From: Octopus bimaculoides
Lineage: Eukaryota
NCBI RefSeq assembly: GCF_001194135.2
Contig: NC_068999.1
Span: 27,364,652-27,428,651 of the forward strand
Length of the DNA: 64,000 nucleotides
Direction of reading: 5' to 3'
The notes under the pieces were generated by a model. That model saw only the letters and a program-made list of their open reading frames with translations, made no database searches and was not told where the DNA came from. Positions 37,062 to 49,828 of the stretch are shown in pieces (the first letter of the stretch is position 1; every line of letters begins with the position of its first letter). The position numbers were made by a program, and so were the translations under genes.

Positions 37062-39243
37062 TTTGTGTATCATTTTTGAGTGTTTTCTTTCCATTCCTAT
37101 TATTTCTAATTGTTTTGAAATGGTCCAGTTTTGCTTTGAGCCTTTGGTATTACGTAAATTTTCTTTATGAAAGGGTTTTCTGAGTTGTATTGTCTCTTAA
37201 ACTCCTCTCCACAATGTTAGAATCCAATTATTGTCTCTCTCACATCATCGGAGTACACAAGTTCTATATTTTCACAGTCTTCTTTCCAGGGGTTCAAAAT
37301 GTTTAATAGGTGTAACCCTTCTGCTTTTTTGTTATAATCTTCCATTTGTAGCTCTCTTTTTATTTGTTTTCATTAATCTTTGTTCTTAATTTTAGAAGTC
37401 GTACTTCTATATCTATTCTATTTAAAGAGATTTTCTCCCGTAGTTGTTCTCTGTTGCTCTGACACCCCAGTTATTGTTTTTATTTGTTGTTTACGAAGTA
37501 ATATTAGTGGGGTTGAATTCAATCATTTCTCATATCTGTTTAATGAGTGTATAATAAACATAGCAACACAACAAATATAAAAACAAGCACAAACGTAGTG
37601 AATAATGGAACAGAGAATACCAATGTTTTGACATTTTCACCGATACTTCAGTGATTTTGTCGCCCAGAAAGGTAACTCTAAATTGGTTCAGTGTATATAG
37701 CTACACATAGTAAGCAGCGACATCACTGTAAAATTAATAAGAAGTTCGTTATCTTGCAATGTCCAACTCATATCCTACAGGTACATGCCTAGAAAAGGGT
37801 TGGGATTCCGCAAAACTGGTCTGCATTAGTTGTACGGCATGAAGACGCCAATCGTATCATTGGTTATTATATCTTATGTTCTTCTGTAAAAATGGGAAGC
37901 AGGGATACACATCAGGCTAAGATAATCAAGGTGTTATGTACTGAATGTAGAAATTCTAAATGAATTGATATTTTCCTCTTAGAAAAAGAAGAACCTAAAA
38001 TCTAATGACAATCGTTATTGATTAATAAAGAAAAGGGGGAATAATTTCAAGAAATTACGACACAATTTTAAAATGCAAAATCTTCGTGCTTAAATTTGAT
38101 TTTAGTTGGTAATGGACATGTTCCGTTTTTTTTCTTTTTGTCTTTTTTTTTTGTATCCCGTCAGGGAAACAAAGTACAAATCCAATTGATCAGTAGACAG
38201 TAGGTTTTGCATATAGAAAAGTGGATGCGAATAATTTTAGCCATGAGTGATCTGCATGAATGACGTAGCAAAAAAATTCATAATGAATTTGAATTTCCCT
38301 CTTAGCTGCAGAAATAAATCAAAAATGTGTGGCATTCTTTGGTGTCTCTTAAAGGAAAAAAGAAGATAATTTATAAAAATTAAAATTTAATCTTAACTTT
38401 TCACTTTTTAGTTTCTTGAAATTATTTCCCCTTTTCTTATTGCTGCTAAACAAGGCATTTCANNNNNNNNNNNNNNNNNNNNNNNNNNNNNNNNNNNNNN
38501 NNNNNNNNNNNNNNNNNNNNNNNNNNNNNNNNNNNNNNNNNNNNNNNNNNNNNNNNNNNNNNNNNNNNNNNNNNNNNNNNNNNNNNNNNNNNNNNNNNNN
38601 NNNNNNNNNNNNNNNNNNNNNNNNNNNNNNNNNNNNNNNNNNNNNNNNNNNNNNNNNNNNNNNNNNNNNNNNNNNNNNNNNNNNNNNNNNNNNNNNNNNN
38701 NNNNNNNNNNNNNNNNNNNNNNNNNNNNNNNNNNNNNNNNNNNNNNNNNNNNNNNNNNNNNNNNNNNNNNNNNNNNNNNNNNNNNNNNNNNNNNNNNNNN
38801 NNNNNNNNNNNNNNNNNNNNNNNNNNNNNNNNNNNNNNNNNNNNNNNNNNNNNNNNNNNNNNNNNNNNNNNNNNNNNNNNNNNNNNNNNNNNNNNNNNNN
38901 NNNNNNNNNNNNNNNNNNNNNNNNNNNNNNNNNNNNNNNNNNNNNNNNNNNNNNNNNNNNNNNNNNNNNNNNNNNNNNNNNNNNNNNNNNNNNNNNNNNN
39001 NNNNNNNNNNNNNNCCAACAGAACATTTATGTCTTTTTTAATTATCATAGTTTTCACGAATTAATCAGGCCTATTGAATTATGCATTGTATCTATTTATG
39101 CATTACGTTAATTTCTTTAAACGAAGCACAGATTTTACGATGACAAAGTAAGATTTTCAAACTCTTCGGTACTGGTTCAGTACAGTCGACTCTTTCAAAT
39201 TATTGAGAAAGTTAAGTGGGATGTTATAAAATTTATTTTATTT

Positions 39244-39400
39244 TCTACTCTAGGAATGAGGCCCGAAATTTTGTGGTAGGGGGCCAGTCGATTAGATCGA
39301 CCCCAGTACGCAACTGGTACTTAGTTTATCGACTCCGAAAGGATGAAAGGCAAAGTCAACCTCGGCGGAATTTGAACTTAGAACGTAAAGACAGACGAAT
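39244..39400 (-). mobile_element. SINE family A, 5'-truncated
   Basis: Reverse complement matches 5384-5518. Confidence 0.85.
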
Positions 39401-39739
39401 ATTTATATTTCCTCGAAAACACATACGATATGTTGCGAAATGATAATGGCTAAAACCATGAATGGAAGGGTGATGGTGAACTCAACCCACGCAGAAGCTT
39501 CATTTCTGTAAGAGCTGAATATAAGCAAAAGATTATCTGTTTTTAAATCTTAACTGAACATCGAGCATATAACCAAGAGAAATCCTGTAAATCTTGATTT
39601 TAGCATTGATTCTCCTTTCGAAGAAATACTTATTTAGGCATAGGGTTGCCAATTTAGCATATTTTATGCTAAATCTAGCATTTTTTTTCAGCATTTAGCA
39701 GAAAATCTTTGAATCTAGCATTTAGCAGGAGAAATAGTA

Positions 39740-41360
39740 TTGGGTTGGCAACTAAGTTCCTGCCGTTTTTTTAAATTTTGGAATTTATTGCGTTTTTAAA
39801 TTTTGGAATCTATTATTTTCGAGAATTCTATTTTTGAATCATTTTGGAATCTATTTTGTTTAGTTTTTTCGAGTTAATTTCAGTTTTTCAAATCATTAAA
39901 ATGGAATGTCAAGTTAAGAAAAACGAGCATTTTCGGCACTTCCTTTATTTTGCTTTTAATCAAGGTTATAAGGTCGCAATGGCCCAATGGTTAGGGGAGC
40001 GGACTCGCGGTCATAGGATCGCGGTTTCGATTCCTAGGCCGGGTGTTGTGAGTGTTTATTGAGCGAAAACACCTAAAGCTCCACGAGGCTCCGGCAGGGG
40101 ATGGTGGCGAACCTTGCTGTACTCTTTCACCACAACTTCCTCTCACTCTTACTTCCTGTTTCTATTGTGCCTGTAATTCAAAGGGTCAGCCTTGTCACGC
40201 TGTGTTACGCTGAATATCCCCGAGAACTACGTTAAGTCTGTGGAGTGCTCAGCCACTTGCACGTTAATTTCACGAGCAGGCTGTTCCTTTGATCGGATCA
40301 ACTGGAACCCTCGACTTCGTAAGCGACGGAGTGCCAACAATAAGGCCGCAAAAGCTGCTCGCGATATTTGTGCTGCGTATGGAGAGGGTGCCATAGCTGA
40401 AAGAACTGCTCGTGATTGGTATTCCAAGTTCAAAAATAGATATTTTTGACCTCAAAGACGCACCTCGTTCTGGCCGTCCAGTTCAGTTCGATGAATAGCG
40501 ATTAAACCAACTTTGCACGAAAATTCTCGTCAAACGATAAGGGAACTGGCAGAGAAATTGGAATGCTCCCACACTGCTATAGAGAAGCATCTTCACTCGA
40601 TGGGAAAGGTTCAGAAGTATGGAGCATGGGTTCCGCATGCTTTAAGTGACAACAACAAAAATCAACGAGCCACAATCTCCGCTGGTTTGCTTGCTCGTCA
40701 CCGCTCAACTCATGGATACAAGCAACAATTTCTTTACCGAATCGTTACTGGCGACGACAAATGCCTGTACATCAATATGAAGCAGCGTAAGGAATGGCTT
40801 AGCTCCGGTACACAAGCGACACCGCGCATGAAACAAGATCTTCATCCACGTAAAACGATGTTGTGCGTATGGTAGGACTGGGAAGGGATTATCCATTACG
40901 AATTACTTGAACGGAACCAAACGGTTAACGCGGAACTCTATGCTCAACATATGGAACGACTCAACACGGCTATTCAAGAGAAAAGACCTAATCGGCTGCA
41001 TGGAGTTCTTCTGCTGCACGACAACGCCCGTCCTCATATCGCCAATATGACCAAGGAAGCCATTCAAACGCATGGCTGGGAAGTGCTGCCACACCTGCCG
41101 TACTCTCCTGATTTGGCACCAACGGATTTCCACCTCTTTCGATCTCTTTCGATCTCTTTCAAAAGCTATGTGCGGAGTATCGTTTAATACTGATGCAGAA
41201 TTGAGAGCTTGGTTGGATCAATTTTTCGAGTCGAAATCAGGTGATTTCTACCAACGAGGTATTGAAAATCTTGTTGAACGCTGGGAAGAAGTTGTAAACA
41301 ATAAGGGTGAATACATTATTGATTAATTAGTTGTTATTTTTTATTAAACCTTTTAAAAAT
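39740..41360 (+). mobile_element. Mariner inserted in the hAT 5' region
   Basis: TA + TTGGGTTGGCAACTAAGTT TIR. MECQVKKNEHFRH...WVPHAL...IVTGDDK...LHDNARPH...YSPDLAPTDFHLFRSL...KGEYIID. The 3' TIR is not visible. Confidence 0.92.
39980..40339 (+). mobile_element. tRNA-derived SINE inserted in the mariner ORF, 12-bp TSD
   Basis: ATAAGGTCGCAA (39968-39979) and ATAAGGCCGCAA (40340-40351). The mariner frame resumes after removal. Tail shared with 7066-7390. Confidence 0.87.
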
Positions 41361-41899
41361 AATGTAAATATCTTGCAAAGAATGAAAGCATGGAAATTCG
41401 TCCTAACAATGCTTTATTCTGTAGTGATGAGTTTTTATCATGACAGGTTGACTGATTTACTTTCAGTTTGACTGTTTTAAAATAGGTCTGTGCTTTTCCA
41501 TGCTTGTTTTGGATTTTTTGATTATATCTCTTCTGTAGAAGTACGGGGGTGGCGGTGTCTCCCCCTTTATATTTCTACTTACTTTTGTTTTTCAAGTATT
41601 GTAGTTATATTTGTGGTTTTACCAATAGATATTAAATATAAGATTGGAAGTGAAATATGATGTTCCCAGGTTTATATCAGAACACAGTTTTAGGATTTCT
41701 GCAGATTTTACTTTTCCATTTATAAGTTGGCTCCCAGCATCCTGAATGAGTATTCTTCACCTCAAGAATTTGTAAGCAGCAAACATATGAATTGTTAACG
41801 GCGAATGAAAGAATTGTTAGCAGCAAACTGATAAGTTGTATTTTCAATTTTATATTATTATCAATCATTCAATTTATTTTCTTGCTTCCCACTACATTA

Positions 41900-43884
41900 T
41901 AATGAACAAAGAAAAAATGGAAGTTGTACCAACAAAAAGTCCGAATGAAATGGCTTAAGATACTAGCATTTACTAAGTGGTTGTGTGAAGTACCTAGTGA
42001 CCAATCTAAAGCACATTACAGATATTGTAGATTTAATATGTTGGCTAAATATTCCCTTTTAGTAAGCTATTGTGAAGCAAAGAAACAAGGCATCAACTCC
42101 ACAGCAAATGATTCTTCTTAGCAATTTTATTAAAGCCAAAAATGATAAGACATCTATGCTGCTTGAAGTAAATTTAGCAATGTTTATTTGTTGCCGCTCA
42201 TCATTTAATAACTGTGATCACTTAATAGAGTTATGTAAAAATAATATGTCTGATAATGATATTATATCCAAAGTGAAGTTGCATCGTACAAAATGTGCAA
42301 ATATTGTGAGAAATGTTGTAGTTCCATATTTTGATGGCGATTTGATTTCTGATATAGGAGATAGAAAATTTAGCATATTAGATGAATCCAATGATATATT
42401 GATAAATAAGTTGTTAGGAATTGTTATCATATATTACAGTGTCACTCACAAAAAAGTAGTACATACATATCTCAGTATGGTATCTTTAGAAACATGTGAT
42501 GCAGATGGAATTGTAGAAGCCTTAAAAACTGATTTAACGAAAAAGAAATTAGATATAAAGTATTTACTGGGTATACGAACTGACAACGCTAGAGCAATGA
42601 CAGGAGTAAACAATGGTGTTTTTCAGAAATTAAAAGAAGTTCCATCATTAATTCTATTTAGATGTGTATGTCATTCTTTAGAGTTGGCAGTATCCCACAC
42701 TTATGCTGAATGCCTGCCCATAAATTTAGAATTTTTACTATCCGAAACCTATAAATGGTTCTCTCATTCTTCAACAAGACAAAGTGCCTACAAACACCTT
42801 TACTTTGCTATCAATGATAAAGAGCCTTTGAAGATTGTGAATTCTTGTACAACTAGGTGGCTGTCAAAAGAACCAGCTGTAAATAGAATTTTAAGCCAAT
42901 AGTTTGAACTGCAAACTCACTTCCAAACTACAACTACAAAAGAAAAATGCTTTACAGCACTAACGTTACATGAAATGTTTTGTGATTCTAGGAATGAACT
43001 TTACCTTTTATTTTTGCATCCAATTTTAAAACATGTTCAGGAAGTGAATAAACTTTGAATCAAACACTGTCGACAAAACAAAATTACTTGAAGATCTTTC
43101 AAATTTGATCAAATCTGTTGCCAATATGATAGTGTTGCCAACATGTAGAATTGATCCTCTTGATCCTGATTCTTCTATTGAAAACGTTTTGGATCCTAAA
43201 CCAAATTTAGGCTACAGATTTGAGAGAAAGATAGCAGAAATGATTACCAAGAAGACTGTAACAGCCACCGAAGAAAATAATATTCGCAAAAGAGCACAAC
43301 AATTTTTACTCTGCCTTTATAAAGAGCTCAAGCACCGTTTGCCAGAAAATATTAATATACTGAGGAATATCAAATGTTTTTCAGTTGAGAATATTTTGCA
43401 GCATTTCAAAGAGCCAATTTTACCTGTCTTAGAAGCAATGCATTTAAATGAAGAAAAAATTGCTTCAATTGAAATTAAGTTTAATAGCATACATGTAGTT
43501 AAATAGACAAATACGTCTAATACTGACGTATTCTGGCGGGAAGTCTTGCAATATAAAGATGCTACTGGAGGAAATTCTTTTAGAGATGTTGCAAATTTTG
43601 CCATTAATCTATTGACATTGCCAAACTCAAATGCAGAAGGTGAGTGGTTGTTCAGTAGTATGGGTGTAATCAAATCAAAATTGAAAAACAAAATGCATCT
43701 TTCTATGCTTAGATCAATACTGTCTCTAAAATATGGCCTGAAAAGATATTGCAAAAACTTCGATATTCCAAAACACATAATTAACAAGATTGGGACTGTG
43801 AATATATACAGAAGTCAAGACCTAGGCACTGCAGCTGAAAGTAATCAAATCAGTGAAATTCAAGAAATTATTTCTCAATGCTGA
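41900..43884 (+). pseudogene. hAT transposase, disrupted
   Basis: BED-finger-like N-terminus, FSILDES, IRTDNARAM, CVCHSLEL, TTRWLS and dimerisation domain LLTLPNSNAEGEWLFS. Split over ORFs 41924-42121, 42072-42902, 43105-43506 and 43546-43884. Confidence 0.9.
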
Positions 43885-45181
43885 ATATAATTAAAAAAAG
43901 TAAATAAAAATGTAAATAAAAATTAAACTTTTTGATATAATTAGTCTTTAGCATTTTCTTTTTTCTTATTTAGCATTTTTTAGCATTTTTTGTTTTGTAT
44001 TTTTTCTCCTGAAATTTAGCATAAAATTGTGATTTTTAAGTTGGCAACACTGCATATCGAGCTATATTTATATGTATAAACGTTATTGTTTTTTTCTGTT
44101 TCGTTTTGTTTTCCAGGCGCTGATTTCTCATTTCAAATGCCAGGGTTCGAATTATTTTCTCAGATGTAGTTCTTAAAGATTGAAAGAGAAAAAAATTCTT
44201 CATAACTGGTTAAATCGTTTATGCCGCTGGAAGCATCATATTTCTTGATAATTAAATTCTGATGTTTAAAGATAATGTTACGACTCTTTTGCTTTGAATA
44301 CTCATATGCCACAATGAATTGTTTCTATTAATTTGCAAGTCATGTCAAAATATTTTTAACTTTGCATGAATCCAACTGATTTCCTTCGTTTTTATATCAG
44401 ATTTATGGAATTTTATGTTAATTCGTTTATATTTAATGTGTTCTTAACAATAATTTTTTTAAAAAGTTGTATCTAATTCTGGCTGTCCTTGTCTGAAAAA
44501 TACATATGGTGGAAAGATAGATTACAAGGCTAATTATTGATGATTTATTCTATATCAAACAAGCAAACGTACATTACAGAGACGAATGAGACAATGATAT
44601 TATGTTACTGAAACCTACCCATAAGTAATTTATAATATTCCTTATATTTACAACGTTTCAGTAACTTAATATCATTCTGATAGTCATCTCTATAAAACAT
44701 GTTTGCCTGTTTGATATAAAATAATCAATAGCTTGACACATTTACTGCATTACCTCAACGTACTTATAGTAAGAGCAAATCAACAGAACACTGATGTCTT
44801 TTTCAACGCCCATTTTGATTTCCATTTCAATCATACAACTAGTTATATGATGATTATGATGATGGATCCACCTGTCGGTTTTGACGTTTAGAATTTCGTT
44901 GTTCTATTAACTAAATTAACTACTCATTAAATTATGACGCAAGTAGGTGAGTATTTCACAGACGTAGGTACCACTAACGTAGTACTCGGGTAAAACCAAC
45001 GACATAATATAGGACTAAGACTTGTATTATAGGTGTTACTCATCTAACGGACTTCCAAACAGTTTCCGTCTTCCTGATTTCATTCACAAGCCTTCAGTCG
45101 AGGATATCAGTGACATAGAACCCGGGACCTCACAATCGTTTAGTCCAATTGAACAACTTGGCATGTCTGCACTAATTTCTT

Positions 45182-45216
<35 letters not shown>

Positions 45217-45628
45217 NNNNNNNNNNNNNNNNNNNNNNNNNNNNNNNNNNNNNNNNNNNNNNNNNNNNNNNNNNNNNNNNNNNNNNNNNNNNNNNNNNNN
45301 NNNNNNNNNNNNNNNNNNNNNNNNNNNNNNNNNNNNNNNNNNNNNNNNNNNNNNNNNNNNNNNNNNNNNNNNNNNNNNNNNNNNNNNNNNNNNNNNNNNN
45401 NNNNNNNNNNNNNNNNNNNNNNNNNNNNNNNNNNNNNNNNNNNNNNNNNNNNNNNNNNNNNNNNNNNNNNNNNNNNNNNNNNNNNNNNNNNNNNNNNNNN
45501 NNNNNNNNNNNNNNNNNNNNNNNNNNNNNNNNNNNNNNNNNNNNNNNNNNNNNNNNNNNNNNNNNNNNNNNNNNNNNNNNNNNNNNNNNNNNNNNNNNNN
45601 NNNNNNNNNNNNNNNNNNNNNNNNNNNN

Positions 45629-45668
<40 letters not shown>

Positions 45669-45847
45669 GCACGAATACATATATACATGTGTGTGTGCAT
45701 GAGTGTGTGTGTGTACATAAAACAGAAAGGACTCAAAGACTGGAGATTTTCAGACGATGAATGTTTAAGTATAAATATATAAATATTTATATATAAATAT
45801 TTATATATTAATAGATGAGACTTACACAGAGTACAAACGACAGAGAG

Positions 45848-46209
45848 AATTAAAGGGGAGGAGGCAACGTGTTATAAGCCATCAGTTGTTTCTGGGAGCT
45901 CAGAGATCTACCATAATGTTGGTAGATGGAGTGCACCGAAATATGCAGCCAGTAATGCAAACAAATAAACATTGGTAAATCGAGCCTCTGTCATCAGAGT
46001 AGAAAAAAATTTTGCATTTCAGATGTAGAGGATCTGAAATGTAAGAAAATTTTCTACCCTGATGACAGAGGCTCGATTTACCAATGTTTATTTGTTTGCA
46101 TTACTGGCTGCATATTTTGGTGAACTACATCTACCAATATTATGACGGATCTCTCGGCTGCCAGAAACAGTTTTTGGACTTATAACACCTTACCTCCTCT
46201 CCTTTAATT
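45848..46209. repeat. Imperfect ~360-bp palindrome, 7-nt loop
   Basis: Centre CATTTCAGAT-gtagagg-ATCTGAAATG. The inner ~100 bp of each arm are nearly exact; the outer parts are diverged. Confidence 0.85.
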
Positions 46210-46384
46210 TTGTCTACCAGCATACCATATCGTACAAAATACAGACAGTCTTATTAATGATAGAAAATGGCGCATCAAAACAATAAGAGAAATCATTGAT
46301 AAATGTTAGCAATAGTTGAAATATATGTACATACATAGAAATGAAGCACTTGTAAAGCCTCGGTTGAAAATATCATCAGCCATG

Positions 46385-46421
<37 letters not shown>

Positions 46422-46622
46422 AACGTAAATTTCCCAAGTGGTTAAGAGGGATATATAATGCTAGCAGATACGGTGTTCGCTCTTATCGGCTATCAATGCT
46501 GGCTAACCACAGTGAATGCAGATAAACTCCAATTAGTTAAAATTTACTATACTTGGTTAATCATCATTTGGTAAATCCAAATGTCCCTATAAGGCTGCAT
46601 AGTGTCCGTAGAGAAAAATAGT

Positions 46623-47779
46623 AAAATTAAAATCAGGAAAACAGATTTACACATCCAAGTTTTATTTAACAGTTAATCACATCTTCCTTCGTCAAGACCT
46701 AAGAAACATTTCCGCTGCAAGCCGGTGCACACTGTTATATGTGCATCTTATTGTTAACTATCGGAGCAACTTCATCATGATTTACTTTATAGATTGGATA
46801 CCGTAAGCTTGACCAAAATTATTCTCTAATGTGGCGTTAGCGTTACTAAAAAGAGTCGAACATTTCGTGAACTTTATATTACCCTGGCCACTTCAAAATT
46901 TATTGCTACCTCCAGTCTTAAATTAGGTCAATGCTCAAGAATTTTCCTATGGTTCTTAATTCATATTCTAGCTTTCTATTCCACCTATGTAGAATAGTAT
47001 TCTTTTTTTTTTCAAATGTGTTAAATTATTTTTTGGGTTGTTAATATTAATATTATTATTAGGTCTATTTTCTTGTTATTTTGAAAAAATAATTTAATTT
47101 AATATTTTCCTTGTAGTTAATTTTATTCAACTTAAACTTCGTTTTCAACTCTAAATTTTTTTCAGTTTAATTTATGTAGGAGTTTACATTTAAGTTGATT
47201 ATTTGTTATAATTTACTTAATTCTAATTCTAATTTTAGTAGGTCATATCGTGCAATTATTTAAACCTCTTAAAGGTATATTTCAAATGTTGTACACAACT
47301 TACTGCGCTTTCCTGTCTATGGTTTATCAATTTAAATTTTGAGGTAAGAATTTGGTAAATTTCTTCTACACACAATTCACAACGTTTGCTCCTTCAACAA
47401 TATGGTTTAGCTCTACTAATTATCTCCCAGCTAATTGTGTATGCTTCATTATTATCTTTTAGCGACCAAATTAATTTACTTAAACTCGTATTATTTTTCT
47501 TATTTTTATCCTTAAACGATAGTTCGTGATTAATTATTGTACGTTTACTAAAGGTCTCGCTAGAACCTATGTAGAAATACATGAGTTCATTTAAAATTAC
47601 TTTAGATCTGTAGACAGCGTCTTTAACTTTGCAGTTTAATTCTAGCAGGCATAGTTTGTTTTGCGCAATCACACTGTGCACTGACTAGCAGTGGAAACGT
47701 AGGTCTTGACGAAGAAAGACGCGATTAACTGTAATGTAAAATTTGGATGTGTAAATATCTGTTCTCCTGATTTTAATTT
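46623..47779 (-). mobile_element. Penelope GIY-YIG-only remnant bounded by ~110-bp inverted repeats
   Basis: ORF 47394-47681 reads AVYRSKV...YIGSSETFSKR..NHELSF...SLSKLIWSLKD. 46623-46735 is the reverse complement of 47672-47779. Confidence 0.75.
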
Positions 47780-48129
47780 CATCGTGTGGGGGTGCGTGCG
47801 TGTGTGTGTGTGTGCATGAGAAAATGAAGAAAATGGAGAAATTGACGTATGGACATCAATTTATTCAAAAGATATTCCAACCAATATGAAATGAAATTTT
47901 GATCCCTATAGCCGTTTCAATACCCAGTTAGTTCAATTAAAGAAATTAAATTAATTTAATCTAAAATTTTCAAAGGTTAAATGTACAAATGAGGAAAAGA
48001 ATATACAAAATATGACAACCAATGTATTACTACGTTCTTCTAATTATCTTCATAGGATTAGGACTATGCGTCAAAAACATAACCCATATACATTTAATAA
48101 CATTCGAAAATTTGAAAATCATAATGCAT

Positions 48130-48990
48130 CTCTAAATAAGAACGATATTATTTGATTTATAATTCCATTCGCTGAGCAAATTAAGAATAATTTAGTTGGA
48201 GCCTTATACAAACTTTTTACTAAACACTTTACAAAAGAGAATAGATATTATTATATCATTAACCTTAAACTTCTTAAAGTTGCCTTCTTGTATCAAATAA
48301 TTTGTTCTAGATCATTTTTTCAACTAACGAAAAAAATTACCTATTTTTTATAATAATTGTAACCGTAGAAAATGCAACAAAGGTAATGCCCTTAGAATAA
48401 ATGGTAGTAGGAAATGTGTACTTGAATTGTCTAGTGTACAAGGGGAAACAACCCAAATTAAATTCCATCTCAACCTCTTGAGTGTAGGTAATATAGCAAA
48501 TAGCAATAATACTGAAGGTAATGATATAAAACGGAATAATAATACGAGTAGCGATGAAAATATACTTTGTAATTGCAAGGTTAGCAGTAAATGTTTGTTA
48601 AAAAAAAAAAGTTATTGTAAACAAAAAAATGTTCTTTACAGATGTAAAGTAAAATCTGAAGATAAGAATTTCTTTTACGTAGAGGCAACGCAAAATTTTA
48701 TCAAGAGACGAATATATAACCATATTTACACCTTTAACAATAGGAAAAAGTCTTCTAGTACCAGCCTCAGCAAATTTATCTGGGACCTAAAAGACAAGAA
48801 AAAGTTTTTCTGTGGATGGAAAATTATAAGCAAGGCTGCTGCTTGGTAATTCTTCCTGTTTTCTCTGCCTTGAAGAGTTGTACCAAATCCTTATTTCCTT
48901 GTGGCGCCTCTTAAATACGAGAATTGAGACTGGTTTTTCATGTATTCATGCATGTAAAGTGTCTCTCAAAAACTACCATTAGAAGTTTTA
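48130..48990 (+). mobile_element. Penelope-like 3' fragment (linker + GIY-YIG)
   Basis: KHFTKENRYYYIIN, CNCKVSSKC..NVLYRCKV..FYVEATQ..RIYNH..TSLSKFIWDLKD. Confidence 0.8.
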
Positions 48991-49796
48991 TTTTCATAAA
49001 TAGATCAATTATATATTAAACATGTTAATACTTAGAATCGGTCGGCATTTCATGTTTAGTACTTCTATAGCTGTTTAGAATTAAATAATTCCTAGTAGGA
49101 ATCATATAAATATTAAATATTATATTAAATATCAATGATAAAGTATTAATACTTCATCTTATATACGAGGAAGGTAACTGATTTTATGTACTCCTGCATG
49201 TTTATGGTATTCGAAAAACTACAATGGGATATAATATTATTATTATTATTATAAATGATTAATTATATATCATAACTACTTGAATTTTAAATCTGTTGAT
49301 ACTTTACGTTTTATTACATTACCATCTGTAAATATAAGCATTAAAGAGTGCTTAGTAGATACAATATTGATATAAAGAGATTAAATGGTAAAAATGTATA
49401 TTAAGTTTCCTGAACAGGTGACAATATCATTGTGATTGCTATAAATTCAATTAAGCACGTTTGTCATGAATATGTAGATGCTATTTTATAATATAATTTA
49501 TTAAACTATGTTAGAAGTAAACGTATTGATTTGTGGTGATTGTAGCTTTAGTAATTTTTAATATAATAATAATAATAAATTTTTATCAATTGTATTAGGT
49601 AACGTTTAAGTTCTCCTTTGTTTACATAGTTGTAATGACCATAACATTTGCACACAAAAATGGACGACGCGATGTTGTAATATGATAAATAATTAGCAGA
49701 TTTTGATACGTCATATTTTTTTGTTGGTTTCCATATTTTGACAAACGCACGCGCTATTATGTGATGAATGTTACTGTTTTCTCTCCCCCACACCCT

Positions 49797-49828
<32 letters not shown>

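Larger units (their letters stand above)
39641..44052 (+). mobile_element. hAT transposon with both termini, carrying nested insertions
   Basis: Ends TAGGGTTGCCAA and TTGGCAACACTG, with multiple subterminal TTTAGCA motifs at both ends. No 8-bp TSD is recognisable. Confidence 0.85.

Noticed and set aside
44119-44172. Strong acceptor followed by GADFSFQMPGFELFSQM*
   Set aside because: No convincing donor and no other support; polypyrimidine tracts are common by chance here.
47690-47730. GAAACGTA / TTGACGA words suggesting a permuted hammerhead
   Set aside because: Stems could not be paired consistently, and the homologous copy at 46.7 kb lacks the arrangement.
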